A stretch of 64,000 bases of DNA from the NCBI GenBank assembly GCA_963758935.1, contig CAVWXD010000002.1, positions 82,461 to 146,460 of the forward strand, given 5' to 3'. The notes beneath the pieces were generated by a model that searched no databases, was not told where the DNA came from, and saw only the letters and a list, made by a program, of their open reading frames with translations. Source of the DNA: an uncultured Methanomicrobiales archaeon (lineage in GTDB: Archaea; Halobacteriota; Methanomicrobia; Methanomicrobiales; Methanospirillaceae). Positions 24,710 to 33,896 of the stretch are shown one piece after another; positions within the stretch are counted from its first letter, which is position 1; the number at the start of each line of letters is the position of its first letter. The translations under genes and the position numbers were made by a program.

Positions 24710-25441
24710 TCACTCCCCCGCAATCAATCCCCGGAGGAACTCTTTTCCTTCCGGACTCGAAAACAGGGGAAGATCCCGGTTTGTCACGACAGAACTCCGG
24801 TCAACGACTACCGACTCTTCGGTAACGGGATTGAACCCTTCCTTCGAGCACACTTCTTTATGGACGAGCACACCCCGCCGCTGCCATGCCGGGGTTGCCG
24901 CGAGGTTCACGCCCCGCTGGTGCATCATCTCGTGCATATCTTTCGAAGACATACCTTTGAGATGCTCGGCCGCTTTTTTCCCGCTCATCCCTTCAGAGAT
25001 AAGCGCCTGCTGGCAGTACGCGTTGATGTGGTTCCTCCAGGCTTCGTTCTGCCGGTTGACCAGGTACTCTATCGCAAACTCCGGCGTCGCCTGGACAACC
25101 CGTGCGTCAAACGCAATCGGCGTTACGCAGCCAAGGGCAATCGTCAGGGCACTTGAAGCAAAGGACGATGCAACTGAGTCGATCTTCTCGACCCTGCCCC
25201 GGAAGGGGAGCTTTGTGAGGTACAGGCTGATCTCGTCAGAGAACGTGAACGCAAACTCGGGCGAGAGACCGCTGTCTGCAACGAGCGACGTGCAGACGGC
25301 AACCATCGCGTTGTTGAACGAGGTGTCGAACGGTTTTTTAAGACAGAGCGATGCGGTCAGGTGATGGAAGGCACGGCCATCGAGACGGAGATAAACGGGG
25401 GGGATGGTGGTGATACCTGAAAAAATTTCCCGGTTTTCCAT
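24710..25441 (-). CDS. thg1: tRNA(His) guanylyltransferase Thg1-like protein
   Basis: RLDGRAFH, FSDEISL, F.GRVEK, FDAR, RQ.EAWRNH.N, P.WQRRG. Confidence 0.92.
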   Translation of the reverse strand: MENREIFSGITTIPPVYLRLDGRAFHHLTASLCLKKPFDTSFNNAMVAVCTSLVADSGLSPEFAFTFSDEISLYLTKLPFRGRVEKIDSVASSFASSALTIALGCVTPIAFDARVVQATPEFAIEYLVNRQNEAWRNHINAYCQQALISEGMSGKKAAEHLKGMSSKDMHEMMHQRGVNLAATPAWQRRGVLVHKEVCSKEGFNPVTEESVVVDRSSVVTNRDLPLFSSPEGKEFLRGLIAGE

Positions 25442-25511
25442 GTGAACGTCCACGGCAAAGAGCCCGGAAAAAATAAGGGATAAGGGCTTAAAGTCTGCCA
25501 GGAAAAATAAT

Positions 25512-25775
25512 TTATTCTTCAGCAACGCCGCCGGTGAATGCACCGGGCAGGTGGCGAATCAGGACAATATCGTCGATCGCGCTGATGATACGGTACGGGA
25601 TCTTGAGTCCCTTGAAATTCTTGAGCTCGAAGAGTTCTTCGTTGACCTTCCCAACGACGATTGCTTCGATCTTTTTCTGGTCCACGTCAATGACGACGTC
25701 GTCGACTTCTCCGACAAACATTCCCTTGTCCGTGTATATCTGAAGCCCGAACAGCTCGGTAATCTGGGTTTCCAT
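25512..25775 (-). CDS. PRC-barrel protein, CdpB-like cell division protein
   Basis: ITELFG.QIYT.KG.FVGEV.D...IPYR.I.AI.DIVLI. Confidence 0.82.
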   Translation of the reverse strand: METQITELFGLQIYTDKGMFVGEVDDVVIDVDQKKIEAIVVGKVNEELFELKNFKGLKIPYRIISAIDDIVLIRHLPGAFTGGVAEE

Positions 25776-25826
25776 CGTTATCAGATGAAAGTATATACTT
25801 AAGAGTTAAAAAGATAATCCTTTGTT

Positions 25827-26960
25827 ATGGACGGGTCTTTTCGTATAGGGCGCGTATTTGGGATTCCAATCCTGATCCACTATACGTTCCTGCTGGTCAT
25901 CCCATTGTTCGCCTGGATTATCGGGAGCCAGATTTCGCTCACCGTGGACATGATCAAAAATATCTACGAAGTCCCGGTCGATATAAGCCTCGTCACCGCC
26001 GGGTTCATACCCTACGTGCTGGGAACCGTTGTCGCCCTTGGCCTCTTCGGCGGGGTACTCATCCACGAGCTTGCACATTCGATCGTCGCGAAACGCAAGG
26101 GGATAAAAATCAACAGCATCACCCTCATGCTCTTTGGCGGGATCGCTTCGATGGACGAAGGAACGCCGGATCCAAAAGTCGAGCTCCCGATGGCACTCGT
26201 CGGACCGCTTACGAGCCTGCTGGTCGGGCTTGTCTGTTCGGGTATTGTCTACCTGATCCCCGGCACCGTCGCAAATACCGCAGATGCCGGCGTCCTCGTC
26301 TTTATCTTCGGTTACCTCGGCGTACTCAATATCATCCTCTTTGCCTTCAACCTCCTGCCCGCATTCCCGATGGATGGCGGCAGGGTCCTCAGGGCGTGGC
26401 TCGCAAAGCGGATGCCGCTCCACCGGGCGACGAAGATTGCTGCAGACGTCGGCAGGGGATTTGCCATTCTCTTTGGGATCATCGGCCTTGTCTTCTTCAA
26501 CCCGTTCCTTATCCTCATCGCCCTCTTCATCTACATCGGGGCGAGCTCGGAGTCGACCGCAGTGAAATACAGCTACCTGCTTCAGGACGTAACAGTTGGG
26601 AACATGATGAGCAGCCCGGTGTCCACCGTTCCCCCGACCATGCCCGTCAGCGAAGTCATCAACATGATGTACGCGAGCAAGCACCTCGGCTTCCCCGTCA
26701 TCGAGCGGGACACGCTGGTAGGGATGATCACCCTTGCGGATGTCAACAGGATGTCATCGATCGACCGCGAGGCGATGCAGGTCAGGGACATCATGACCCG
26801 TGACCCGATAACCCTCCCACCCACGGCACCGGTCATCGATGCCCTGAAGCTGATGTCTGCCAGGAATATCGGGAGAATACCGATCATGCAGGACGGGGCG
26901 ATTGTCGGGATTGTGACCCGGACGGATATCCTGAAAATTACGGAGCTCAAGCAGGTTTAG
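25827..26960 (+). CDS. Site-2 (M50) metalloprotease with CBS pair
   Basis: HELAH, NLLPAFPMDGG, two C-terminal CBS repeats. Confidence 0.93.
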   Translation: MDGSFRIGRVFGIPILIHYTFLLVIPLFAWIIGSQISLTVDMIKNIYEVPVDISLVTAGFIPYVLGTVVALGLFGGVLIHELAHSIVAKRKGIKINSITLMLFGGIASMDEGTPDPKVELPMALVGPLTSLLVGLVCSGIVYLIPGTVANTADAGVLVFIFGYLGVLNIILFAFNLLPAFPMDGGRVLRAWLAKRMPLHRATKIAADVGRGFAILFGIIGLVFFNPFLILIALFIYIGASSESTAVKYSYLLQDVTVGNMMSSPVSTVPPTMPVSEVINMMYASKHLGFPVIERDTLVGMITLADVNRMSSIDREAMQVRDIMTRDPITLPPTAPVIDALKLMSARNIGRIPIMQDGAIVGIVTRTDILKITELKQV

Positions 26961-27062
26961 TGAATAATCAGATAATTTTTTTATTAATCCTGGAACTTTT
27001 TCTTAATTCAAAGTTTATTAGTCTCAATTTTCCTGTAAAACTAAATTTTATCTCGAAAAAAT

Positions 27063-27128
27063 CGAGGGAACCCACTCCTGATGGGGTCGCTCGACCGCCT
27101 CGGCGGGCCTCGCTGGGCAGGTCGGTTT
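27063..27128. repeat. Intergenic palindromic repeat family C, copy 2
   Basis: Reverse complement of the 14151-14220 copy. Confidence 0.8.
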
Positions 27129-27193
27129 AAGTGGGAAATGGAATCATTTCTAAAAAACAAAGATAGAAATCGTTGGATTTTTAACCGATCTAA

Positions 27194-27268
27194 AACCGCC
27201 ACGGGGGCGCCCCGCGGGGGTGGCGGCGTTCATCGTAACCGGGGGTATGGGGGCATCAGCCCCCATCA
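27194..27268. repeat. Repeat family A, copy 2 (inverted)
   Basis: CCGCCACGGGGGCGCCCCGCGGGGGTGGCGGCGTTCATCG...GGGGGTATGGGGGCATCAGCCCCCATC; near-identical to copy 1. Confidence 0.88.
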
Positions 27269-27325
27269 TAGTGATTTCTTTAACTATGTGGGCTGAAGAA
27301 AATGAATTTTTTCTGTCGAAGTTAT

Positions 27326-28976
27326 CTAAAACTTCATAACCGGATCGAGCACCGACGTCCCCGCCACCTTCCGGTACACCTCAATATCAGCAAACGGCCG
27401 CTTCGCAATAACCGCCGCCACCCTCTTCTTCCCAACCCCGGGCAGCCACTTGATCGCCGAAACAGGTAACCGGTTTATCTCAATCGGCATAGGTAACGCA
27501 GTGATCGACCGGCTTCCCCAGTCAACAACGACCACATCGATAATCGAACGCTCCGGAAGCCGGACCGGAATCCCGACAAGGATCGGGTACGATCCCATCT
27601 GCCGGCCAAACGAGAGTTCGCCCGAAACCTCAACCCGTACATCCTTCAGGACCGTCCCGATCGGAAAAACCCGCTGCAGCATCGGGAGATCGATCTTCTC
27701 GCGGACGAACTCCTTGAACGCCCGGAACCGCTGGTCATGCCTGCCAAGCGTGTTCTCGGTATAGACAGGTGTTCCTTCAAATGGCATAACCTGCCGGATA
27801 TTGACCCTTCGCACGAGGAGCCCGGCATCGAGCATTCGTTTGAGGAACTGCTCGTTACGGTCATAGGTCATCGTCGTTTCTCCCGCAAGGCCGGTGACAA
27901 AGTTAAGACCAGGTAACAGCTCGGGGACGTTGTCCCTCCGCATCCCGCCTTCTTCGTTGACTATCTGTATGGCCCGGAACACCTCGTCCGGCTGCGCCTT
28001 GAGATTGTTCGCAGCAATGACCGCCGGGTCCGCGGTCTCCATCCCGAACGCTGCGACATCCCCCGGGGTGTGGTGCCGGATAATTGCCCGGAGTGCTTCC
28101 CGACTCTCCTCTTCATGGCGGGCGATCGTCGCCGGGTTCGTGTTGTCGATGTGCAGGGTTTTGAGATCCGGGAGCTGCGGTCCTGATAGATGAGAACAGT
28201 CTCTCCAGCAGGTCCGGCCGGGGAGCCGGGTATTCCCCGGACCCTGCTCCGTACGCGAGGAGGTCCGGCTGCCTCCCGACCCGGAAGTGCCGGGCACCAT
28301 GGCCGTGCAGGGCTGCCACTTCAGCGGCTATCCCTTCAATGGTGCGGTATTTCGGCATACCGTAGAACGGCTCGGTACAGAACGAGCAGCCCCCGGTCGC
28401 ACCATGGGAACAGCCCCGTGCGGTCTCCAGCTCGCACATGACATACGGGTAATCGGGGTGTTGTTCGATAACGCCGCTGCCAGCGACGCTCCACGGGTCG
28501 GTGCGGGAATAGTCGAGAGGACCAGATGGTTCACCGCAATTGAGATAGTTGTCGAGCGCGATAGCGGGCTCGCCGGTCAGAAGGGCATCGAACCCTGCAA
28601 TGACCTGCTTTATCGCTTTCTGCCCACCTTCGGATGAAAAGCCAAACCCGATCGGACCACCCACCAGTTTCTTTTTTTCCCGGAACAGGTGGCCGATCTG
28701 CTGGATCTCGGTGAGTGACGCGGGAGTTCCCCCGAGATATTTTCCCGGTACGGTTACTCCGGCGATCATGACGAGAAGATCGGACTTGTTCAGTTCGTCA
28801 GCAAATAACGGGGTTTTCCTGATCTGGTCGATGGTGTGGTACCGCACCGAATACCCGTTTTCGATCAGGGCTCCGGCGACGGTGCGTATGTATGGTGAAA
28901 TATAGGGCGGAACACCAAGGCAGGCCGGCTCGTCAACATACCCGTCAAGGATGACGGCCGTGGTTTCAGCAGGCAT
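27326..28976 (-). CDS. Radical SAM protein (COG1031-like) with TRAM-like and HhH C-terminus; frameshift ~28180
   Basis: DGYVDEPACLGVPPY, RGC-x6-CSFC, RQMGSYPIL, LPGVGKK. Confidence 0.85.
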
Positions 28977-29586
28977 AGCCGATCAGGGCAAGGAGTTTTC
29001 GCGCCCTCATGAGTTTTCCGCGTTTCATCGGCTCGACGTTCTGGTCGTCGAGGTCGAACCCGACCAGCGTGACCGATGCTGCTCCCAGTTCGTCGGCTGC
29101 AAAGACCGCACGGTCGCCGTCGGTGAATCCTCCGAAGTTGTGGACATTCCTGAGCGGGGCGCTCTGGGTCGTGGCAACAACCGGCCCTGTGAACCGCGGC
29201 ACCCAGTGCTTCAGGAGCGGGATATTATCGCCATGAGCGTGGACTATAACGATCGTTCCCCCGGCGTTGAGCTCAATGAGCCGGTCGGTCGTGCCGTCGA
29301 GGTCCGTGAAGACCGCATCGGGACGGATACCGTGTGCGTCGAGGACGTCCGCCGCTGCATCGGCTGCAAAGACGACGCCATGGATCAGGTCCAGCTCGTC
29401 TTTCAGGCAGGGGGCATTCCCGCAGACCGTGACGTCGTTGTCACACGTTACCGCTGCGAGGGAAAGGAGATTGTCCCGGGTCATCAGGGTGGAGAGGATG
29501 CGTGCGGCTTCCTCGTCCGCCGCACGGTCGAACCCGAAGTACCCGAGGATCTCCTTGTAATGGGATTCCCACTCACGGAAGTCCAT
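28966..29586 (-). CDS. mptE: 6-hydroxymethyl-7,8-dihydropterin pyrophosphokinase MptE
   Basis: TDLDG, HAHGDN, NFGGFTDGDRA, K..KL..A. Confidence 0.9.
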   Translation of the reverse strand: MDFREWESHYKEILGYFGFDRAADEEAARILSTLMTRDNLLSLAAVTCDNDVTVCGNAPCLKDELDLIHGVVFAADAAADVLDAHGIRPDAVFTDLDGTTDRLIELNAGGTIVIVHAHGDNIPLLKHWVPRFTGPVVATTQSAPLRNVHNFGGFTDGDRAVFAADELGAASVTLVGFDLDDQNVEPMKRGKLMRARKLLALIGYAC

Positions 29587-31042
29587 TTTTCCTGCCCTCG
29601 TTCTCCAGCCCGACAAGGTTCTTGAACTTCTGCAGGATTGGCTCGATGACAAAGCCGAGGAGCTCCTCCTTGTTTTCCACGTTGCCGAAGTAGTGGAGCG
29701 GGAACGATGCTGCCGCCATGTTCGGGTGGCCGCCTGCGTCACCGATATCGCCAAACGCCTCGGCGAGGGCGTTCCCGATGTGCAGCCGGATATCCCGGTT
29801 CCGTGCCGAGATCACGATCGCATTGTCGGTGATGCCGTAGACAAGCGCCGTGTTCACTCCCTCGAGGGTGATGAGGATGTCAGCAGCCTGCGGGAGAGCG
29901 TCGCGGTTCATCACGTACCCGACGTTCGAGAAGAGGTACCCGCTCTGGATCTTCCGCTCGGATATCGCCTTCCCGATGACGTCGAGGGTCTCCTGCGACA
30001 TGGAGGGGGACATGATCTTGTCGAGGAGGTCGGCGTCGGTCAGCGGGAGGAGAAAACCCGCATAGTTGAGGTCCTGCGGCGTTACGTTGCGCTTGAACTC
30101 CTTGGTATCGGTCCTGATGCCGTAGAGGAGCGCCGTTGCGACCCGCTTGTCGACCGGTACATCAAGCTCCTGCAGGTACTGGGTCATAATGCTCGCCGTT
30201 GCCCCGACCCCGGGACGGATGTCGACGAACGAACTCTGGGTAGCGGTGTGCCTGCCGTCCCGGTGATGGTCGATGGTGATGTTGATCTTCGTCTGGGGCG
30301 GCACGTCGTTATTGGAGCCGGGCCCCGAACAGTCGACGAGCGCGAGGTAGGTGCAGGCCTGGAGCGCTTCAGGGGTCAGGCGTTCCATCTTGATATCGAG
30401 AAGGTTGACAAAGGTCCGGTTCTCCTGGTGCCCGATGTTCCCTTCATAAAAGATCCGGGTGGTCAGCGCCTTGTTCGCGCTCTTCGCGATCTCGGCGAGG
30501 GCAATCGCGGACGAGATCGCGTCAGGGTCCGGGTTCTTATGGGTGATGATGCCGAGCGTTCCTTCCCACCCGGCCAGCAGGGCGAAGAGCTTCTGCGCAA
30601 TCCTGCTTGAATGCTGCTTCTTTATCTGGAGGATCGCGGACCGGGCGACGACTTCCTGCGGGTACAGGACGTACTCGGCACCCGCTGCGGTGAGCTTCTG
30701 CCCGTTGACCGGGTCAATCGAGCGGGCGACGACTTCGACCGAGGGATAGCGTTTCTTGATCGCTACCACCGCCGCGAGGTTTGCCTCGGGGTCGCCGGTC
30801 ATCACAAAAGCGATCTCGAAAGCCGGGAGCCCAAAGAGCATGTCCGGGGCAGTGATATCCCGCTGGTACGCGTCGAACTTCTGGTCCCGGAGGTTACGGA
30901 CTCTCGATTCGTCCCGGTCAACGACCATCACGCGCTCGTTCTCTTTTGCGAGCTCAAGAATGATATTGTAGCCGTTTGTCCCGCACCCGAAAATGCAGTA
31001 TTTTGTAGGTCCCGGTTGCTCAATCGGGGCTTGTTCAGGCAT
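29573..31042 (-). CDS. TrkA-N (RCK) domain fused to DHH/DHHA1 phosphoesterase
   Basis: GCGTNG, H.NPDPDA, IDHH, YGIRTDT, SAR, AGGH..MAA. Confidence 0.9.
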   Translation of the reverse strand: MPEQAPIEQPGPTKYCIFGCGTNGYNIILELAKENERVMVVDRDESRVRNLRDQKFDAYQRDITAPDMLFGLPAFEIAFVMTGDPEANLAAVVAIKKRYPSVEVVARSIDPVNGQKLTAAGAEYVLYPQEVVARSAILQIKKQHSSRIAQKLFALLAGWEGTLGIITHKNPDPDAISSAIALAEIAKSANKALTTRIFYEGNIGHQENRTFVNLLDIKMERLTPEALQACTYLALVDCSGPGSNNDVPPQTKINITIDHHRDGRHTATQSSFVDIRPGVGATASIMTQYLQELDVPVDKRVATALLYGIRTDTKEFKRNVTPQDLNYAGFLLPLTDADLLDKIMSPSMSQETLDVIGKAISERKIQSGYLFSNVGYVMNRDALPQAADILITLEGVNTALVYGITDNAIVISARNRDIRLHIGNALAEAFGDIGDAGGHPNMAAASFPLHYFGNVENKEELLGFVIEPILQKFKNLVGLENEGRKNGLP

Positions 31043-31143
31043 GGTACAGAAGATGTACCATTCGAGTGTATTAAGGGATTGGAAGGGAGGATTTTCCAAA
31101 ACCTTTATTCGGCATCATCGACCACGTTATTAAGCAACAGCGT

Positions 31144-31218
31144 GGGTCTGTCAGCTTAGTTCGGCATAGCGGCGGACTCTTAATCCGCAGGTCAAGGGTT
31201 CAAATCCCTTCAGGCCCG
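31144..31218 (+). tRNA. tRNA-Lys (CTT)
   Basis: Acceptor GGGTCTG/CAGGCCC, anticodon arm GCGGA-CTCTTAA-TCCGC, T arm AAGGG-TTCAAAT-CCCTT; no encoded CCA; one extra nt at positions 8-9. Confidence 0.93.
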
Positions 31219-31229
31219 TTTTTCTTTTG
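31219..31229 (+). terminator. Oligo-T archaeal terminator after the tRNA
   Basis: TTTTTCTTTTG directly after the tRNA 3' end. Confidence 0.55.
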
Positions 31230-31462
31230 TCGTTTCGATTGTGCAGTAAACTTTTTTGCATTAAACTTCTCCGCCCGATCGGATATTTCCGTCATTTTTG
31301 TCGTTACTGAGCCCGGTATCTCACCCGAAGATACGGTGAGCAGATCAAAATCCTGTGTTGATGAAGGCAATACCTGAGCAGCCTGGCCCGCATATCCGGT
31401 CCGTTGATCCAAAACGTGCAACTCCCCGAAGTTTTTATCAACCAAAACGTGCACGGAAAGGT

Positions 31463-32221
31463 ATGAAAATTCCCTTCCTTGTTGCGCTTCTCTGTGCAAT
31501 TGCCGTCATGTTTGCCGTGGCCGGCTGTTCCCAGCCGGTCCAGAACGTGCCAATCACGACAACGCTTCCAACAACTATAGCCACCCCTCTCCCGACAGCG
31601 GTTGCGACGCCAGTACCGACCATCCCCACTCCCCTTCCGACAACGCCTGGACCCGCAATCCCCCTGCCAAAGACCATCAGGGATACCCCGCTCCTTTTCA
31701 CCATCATGGCGCCGGACGGGTATGCCGGGACGACCATCAGGGCAAAGACTGCCGATTACAGCATCCTTTATAAAACGACGATATTCAACCCGGCCCTGAG
31801 CGGGACGAATTCATCAGTCAATGACAATAGCGGCGACTACCTGGAGCTTCCCGGTTCGCTGACGATTTTCTCGTATTCAACGTCGTACAGTGTAGACCAG
31901 GACATCAGGAATGTCATCCGCGATTCTGGTGCAGTTTCGGGTGAATCCTCCGTCACCTATAACGGTATCAGCTATACGCGGTTCGACGTAGCGAGCGATC
32001 CCTACTCGGGGTTGGCGGGCGAGACCGTGGTGTTTGTCGCGGGCAAGGGCTCGGCAAACGAGAACGGGTTCCTCCCGGTCATGATTTATACGATCACTTC
32101 CGGTGACCAGCTCAACCGGGCAACGTATGAAAATATGGTGAAGTCATTCACGTATTACCGTGGCAGGACTATCGGCTCGGCACCCGGAGAGGAGACGGAC
32201 AGGCCGCCGTTCTACCAGTAA
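31463..32221 (+). CDS. Putative lipoprotein with Thr/Pro-rich linker
   Basis: Lipobox VAGC followed by a PTT-rich stretch and a globular domain. Confidence 0.78.
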   Translation: MKIPFLVALLCAIAVMFAVAGCSQPVQNVPITTTLPTTIATPLPTAVATPVPTIPTPLPTTPGPAIPLPKTIRDTPLLFTIMAPDGYAGTTIRAKTADYSILYKTTIFNPALSGTNSSVNDNSGDYLELPGSLTIFSYSTSYSVDQDIRNVIRDSGAVSGESSVTYNGISYTRFDVASDPYSGLAGETVVFVAGKGSANENGFLPVMIYTITSGDQLNRATYENMVKSFTYYRGRTIGSAPGEETDRPPFYQ

Positions 32222-32329
32222 TTTTTTTGAAAGATACCAAAACGAGTCGAGTCTCTCACGTTTTTTGGAAATGTAATTGAAATTCCAATAAAATATTTTT
32301 TACAAAAATTGGAATTTTTCATCGAGAAA

Positions 32330-32404
32330 GATGGGGGTTCTAGACCCCCATACCCCAGACACGATGAACCCCGCCGCCCCCGACGGGGCGCCCCCGCGGC
32401 GGAT
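32330..32404. repeat. Repeat family A, copy 3
   Basis: GATGGGGGTTCTAGACCCCCATACCCC...CGATGAACCCCGCCGCCCCCGACGGGGCGCCCCCGCGGCGG. Confidence 0.85.
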
Positions 32405-32440
32405 CAATCCGGTAAAATAGTCATCTGACCAACTATTATT

Positions 32441-32492
32441 CCAACGTAGCCCCGCCGTGCCTCGGAGAGGCCCTGAGGCGGGGAACCTCATT
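32441..32492. repeat. Repeat family D, copy 1
   Basis: CCAACG..GCCCCGCCGTGCCTCGGAGAGGCCCTGAGGCGGGG; matches 37010-37060. Confidence 0.75.
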
Positions 32493-32576
32493 ATTATCAG
32501 AGATTTTTTGTCCGGAACCGGAGCGGAGAACGGGTCGATGACCGTCAGATCAACAAATGAGATTTTCTTTTAAAAA

Positions 32577-33245
32577 TTACGATATCCATCCCATCCGGAC
32601 CCACCGTTCGTAATCGTCCGGACGAAAATCCCGGTACTCTTCCACAATCGCCCGGAAATACCCCCGGTTGCCCGCGATGATCGCTTCCTGTGCCGGATCC
32701 ACATACCCGTTTGCAACAGCGTCCACGAGTTTTTTCCCGAGAACCTTCGCCGCCGGGGCAACATCATCAATCGCGGCGGAATTTCCACCGGTTGCAACAC
32801 TGATCCCGCCAACCGAAACAATGCCCAGATAATTGAGCACATGGTCCTGGTACGCGACCACCTCATCCCCACCCGACTCGTGTGTCGTCCCAATCGAAGA
32901 GCCATATTTTCCGGCCAGCACCTGGTAATGGATAGCGTCCGCGAGACGGTCAAAGAAGATCTTCATCTGCCCGGAGACATTGTCGATGTAGACCGGCGAT
33001 CCAAAGATTATGGCATCCGCCTCCTTCATCCGGGTGACGATTGCCGGGATATCGTCTTCATACACGCAGGTCCCGTTGAGCGAGCAGGCTTCGCACGCGG
33101 TGCAGGGCGTGATACGGTAGTCCGCGAGATCGATTATCTCCGTCTCTGCACCGGCCCCTTCGGCTCCTTCGAGCACGAGCCCCGCGAGCTTTCGCGTCGT
33201 GCTGCGGACGGCGCGGGGGCTTCCGTGGATTGCGAGGATCTTCAT
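32577..33245 (-). CDS. Iron-sulfur flavoprotein (flavodoxin family)
   Basis: GSPR, CTACEAC-x5-C, GSPVY, K.FFDR. Confidence 0.9.
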   Translation of the reverse strand: MKILAIHGSPRAVRSTTRKLAGLVLEGAEGAGAETEIIDLADYRITPCTACEACSLNGTCVYEDDIPAIVTRMKEADAIIFGSPVYIDNVSGQMKIFFDRLADAIHYQVLAGKYGSSIGTTHESGGDEVVAYQDHVLNYLGIVSVGGISVATGGNSAAIDDVAPAAKVLGKKLVDAVANGYVDPAQEAIIAGNRGYFRAIVEEYRDFRPDDYERWVRMGWIS

Positions 33246-33445
33246 GGTTGGATCATTCCTTACAAGAGATGCAATTCCTTGCGATAAGAAGCCGGTGGAA
33301 ACCCGGGTTTGACCTGAACAGATCCTGAGAACCGGGCAGGGGACAGATCCGGATCGATTGAGGAGATGGGTCATTTACCCGATCAAGTCCGGATAAAAAA
33401 TGCAAATTTCGAAAACGACGATAAAAACCAGAGAAAGAGAATTTC

Positions 33446-33724
33446 TTAGGCAGACTTTGCGTCTTCGTTCTGGAGGAGGACGCGACCTTTCGAGGTAAGC
33501 TGCAAGGTTATTGCCTTATCGAATGTATTGCCGCCGTTCAGGCACTGTTTCTGGAGGAGTACGCGAACGCAGGATCGGACGCGGCTTTCGGGGGTCTCAC
33601 CCTGAAGCTCGTGGACGATGTCGTTGATGTGACAGCCCGTCTTTCCCGCAACGGCCTGTAGGATCCGGATATGGGTTGCATCCGGCACAAATATCTCGGT
33701 TTTTTGGTATACGATTGGTTCCAT
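33446..33724 (-). CDS. Small winged-helix-like protein
   Basis: RIL.A...helix-turn-helix...LTSKG wing pattern. Confidence 0.55.
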   Translation of the reverse strand: MEPIVYQKTEIFVPDATHIRILQAVAGKTGCHINDIVHELQGETPESRVRSCVRVLLQKQCLNGGNTFDKAITLQLTSKGRVLLQNEDAKSA

Positions 33725-33896
33725 GGTTCATCCTGGTGATTCCTAAAGGACAGAATATGGGACAGAATGGAGTTGATCGACCAGATGTGGTAAACACATC
33801 TTATCCCTGCTGAAGATTCACCGGTTTATATTTGGCGGCTGACATGAAATAGCCATGTGTCAGGGTATCCGTTGGCCGGAAACCGCCTGATCGAAT

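Noticed and set aside
24710-25441. Pyrrolysine-containing Thg1 as in Methanosarcina acetivorans
   Set aside because: The ORF has no in-frame TAG.
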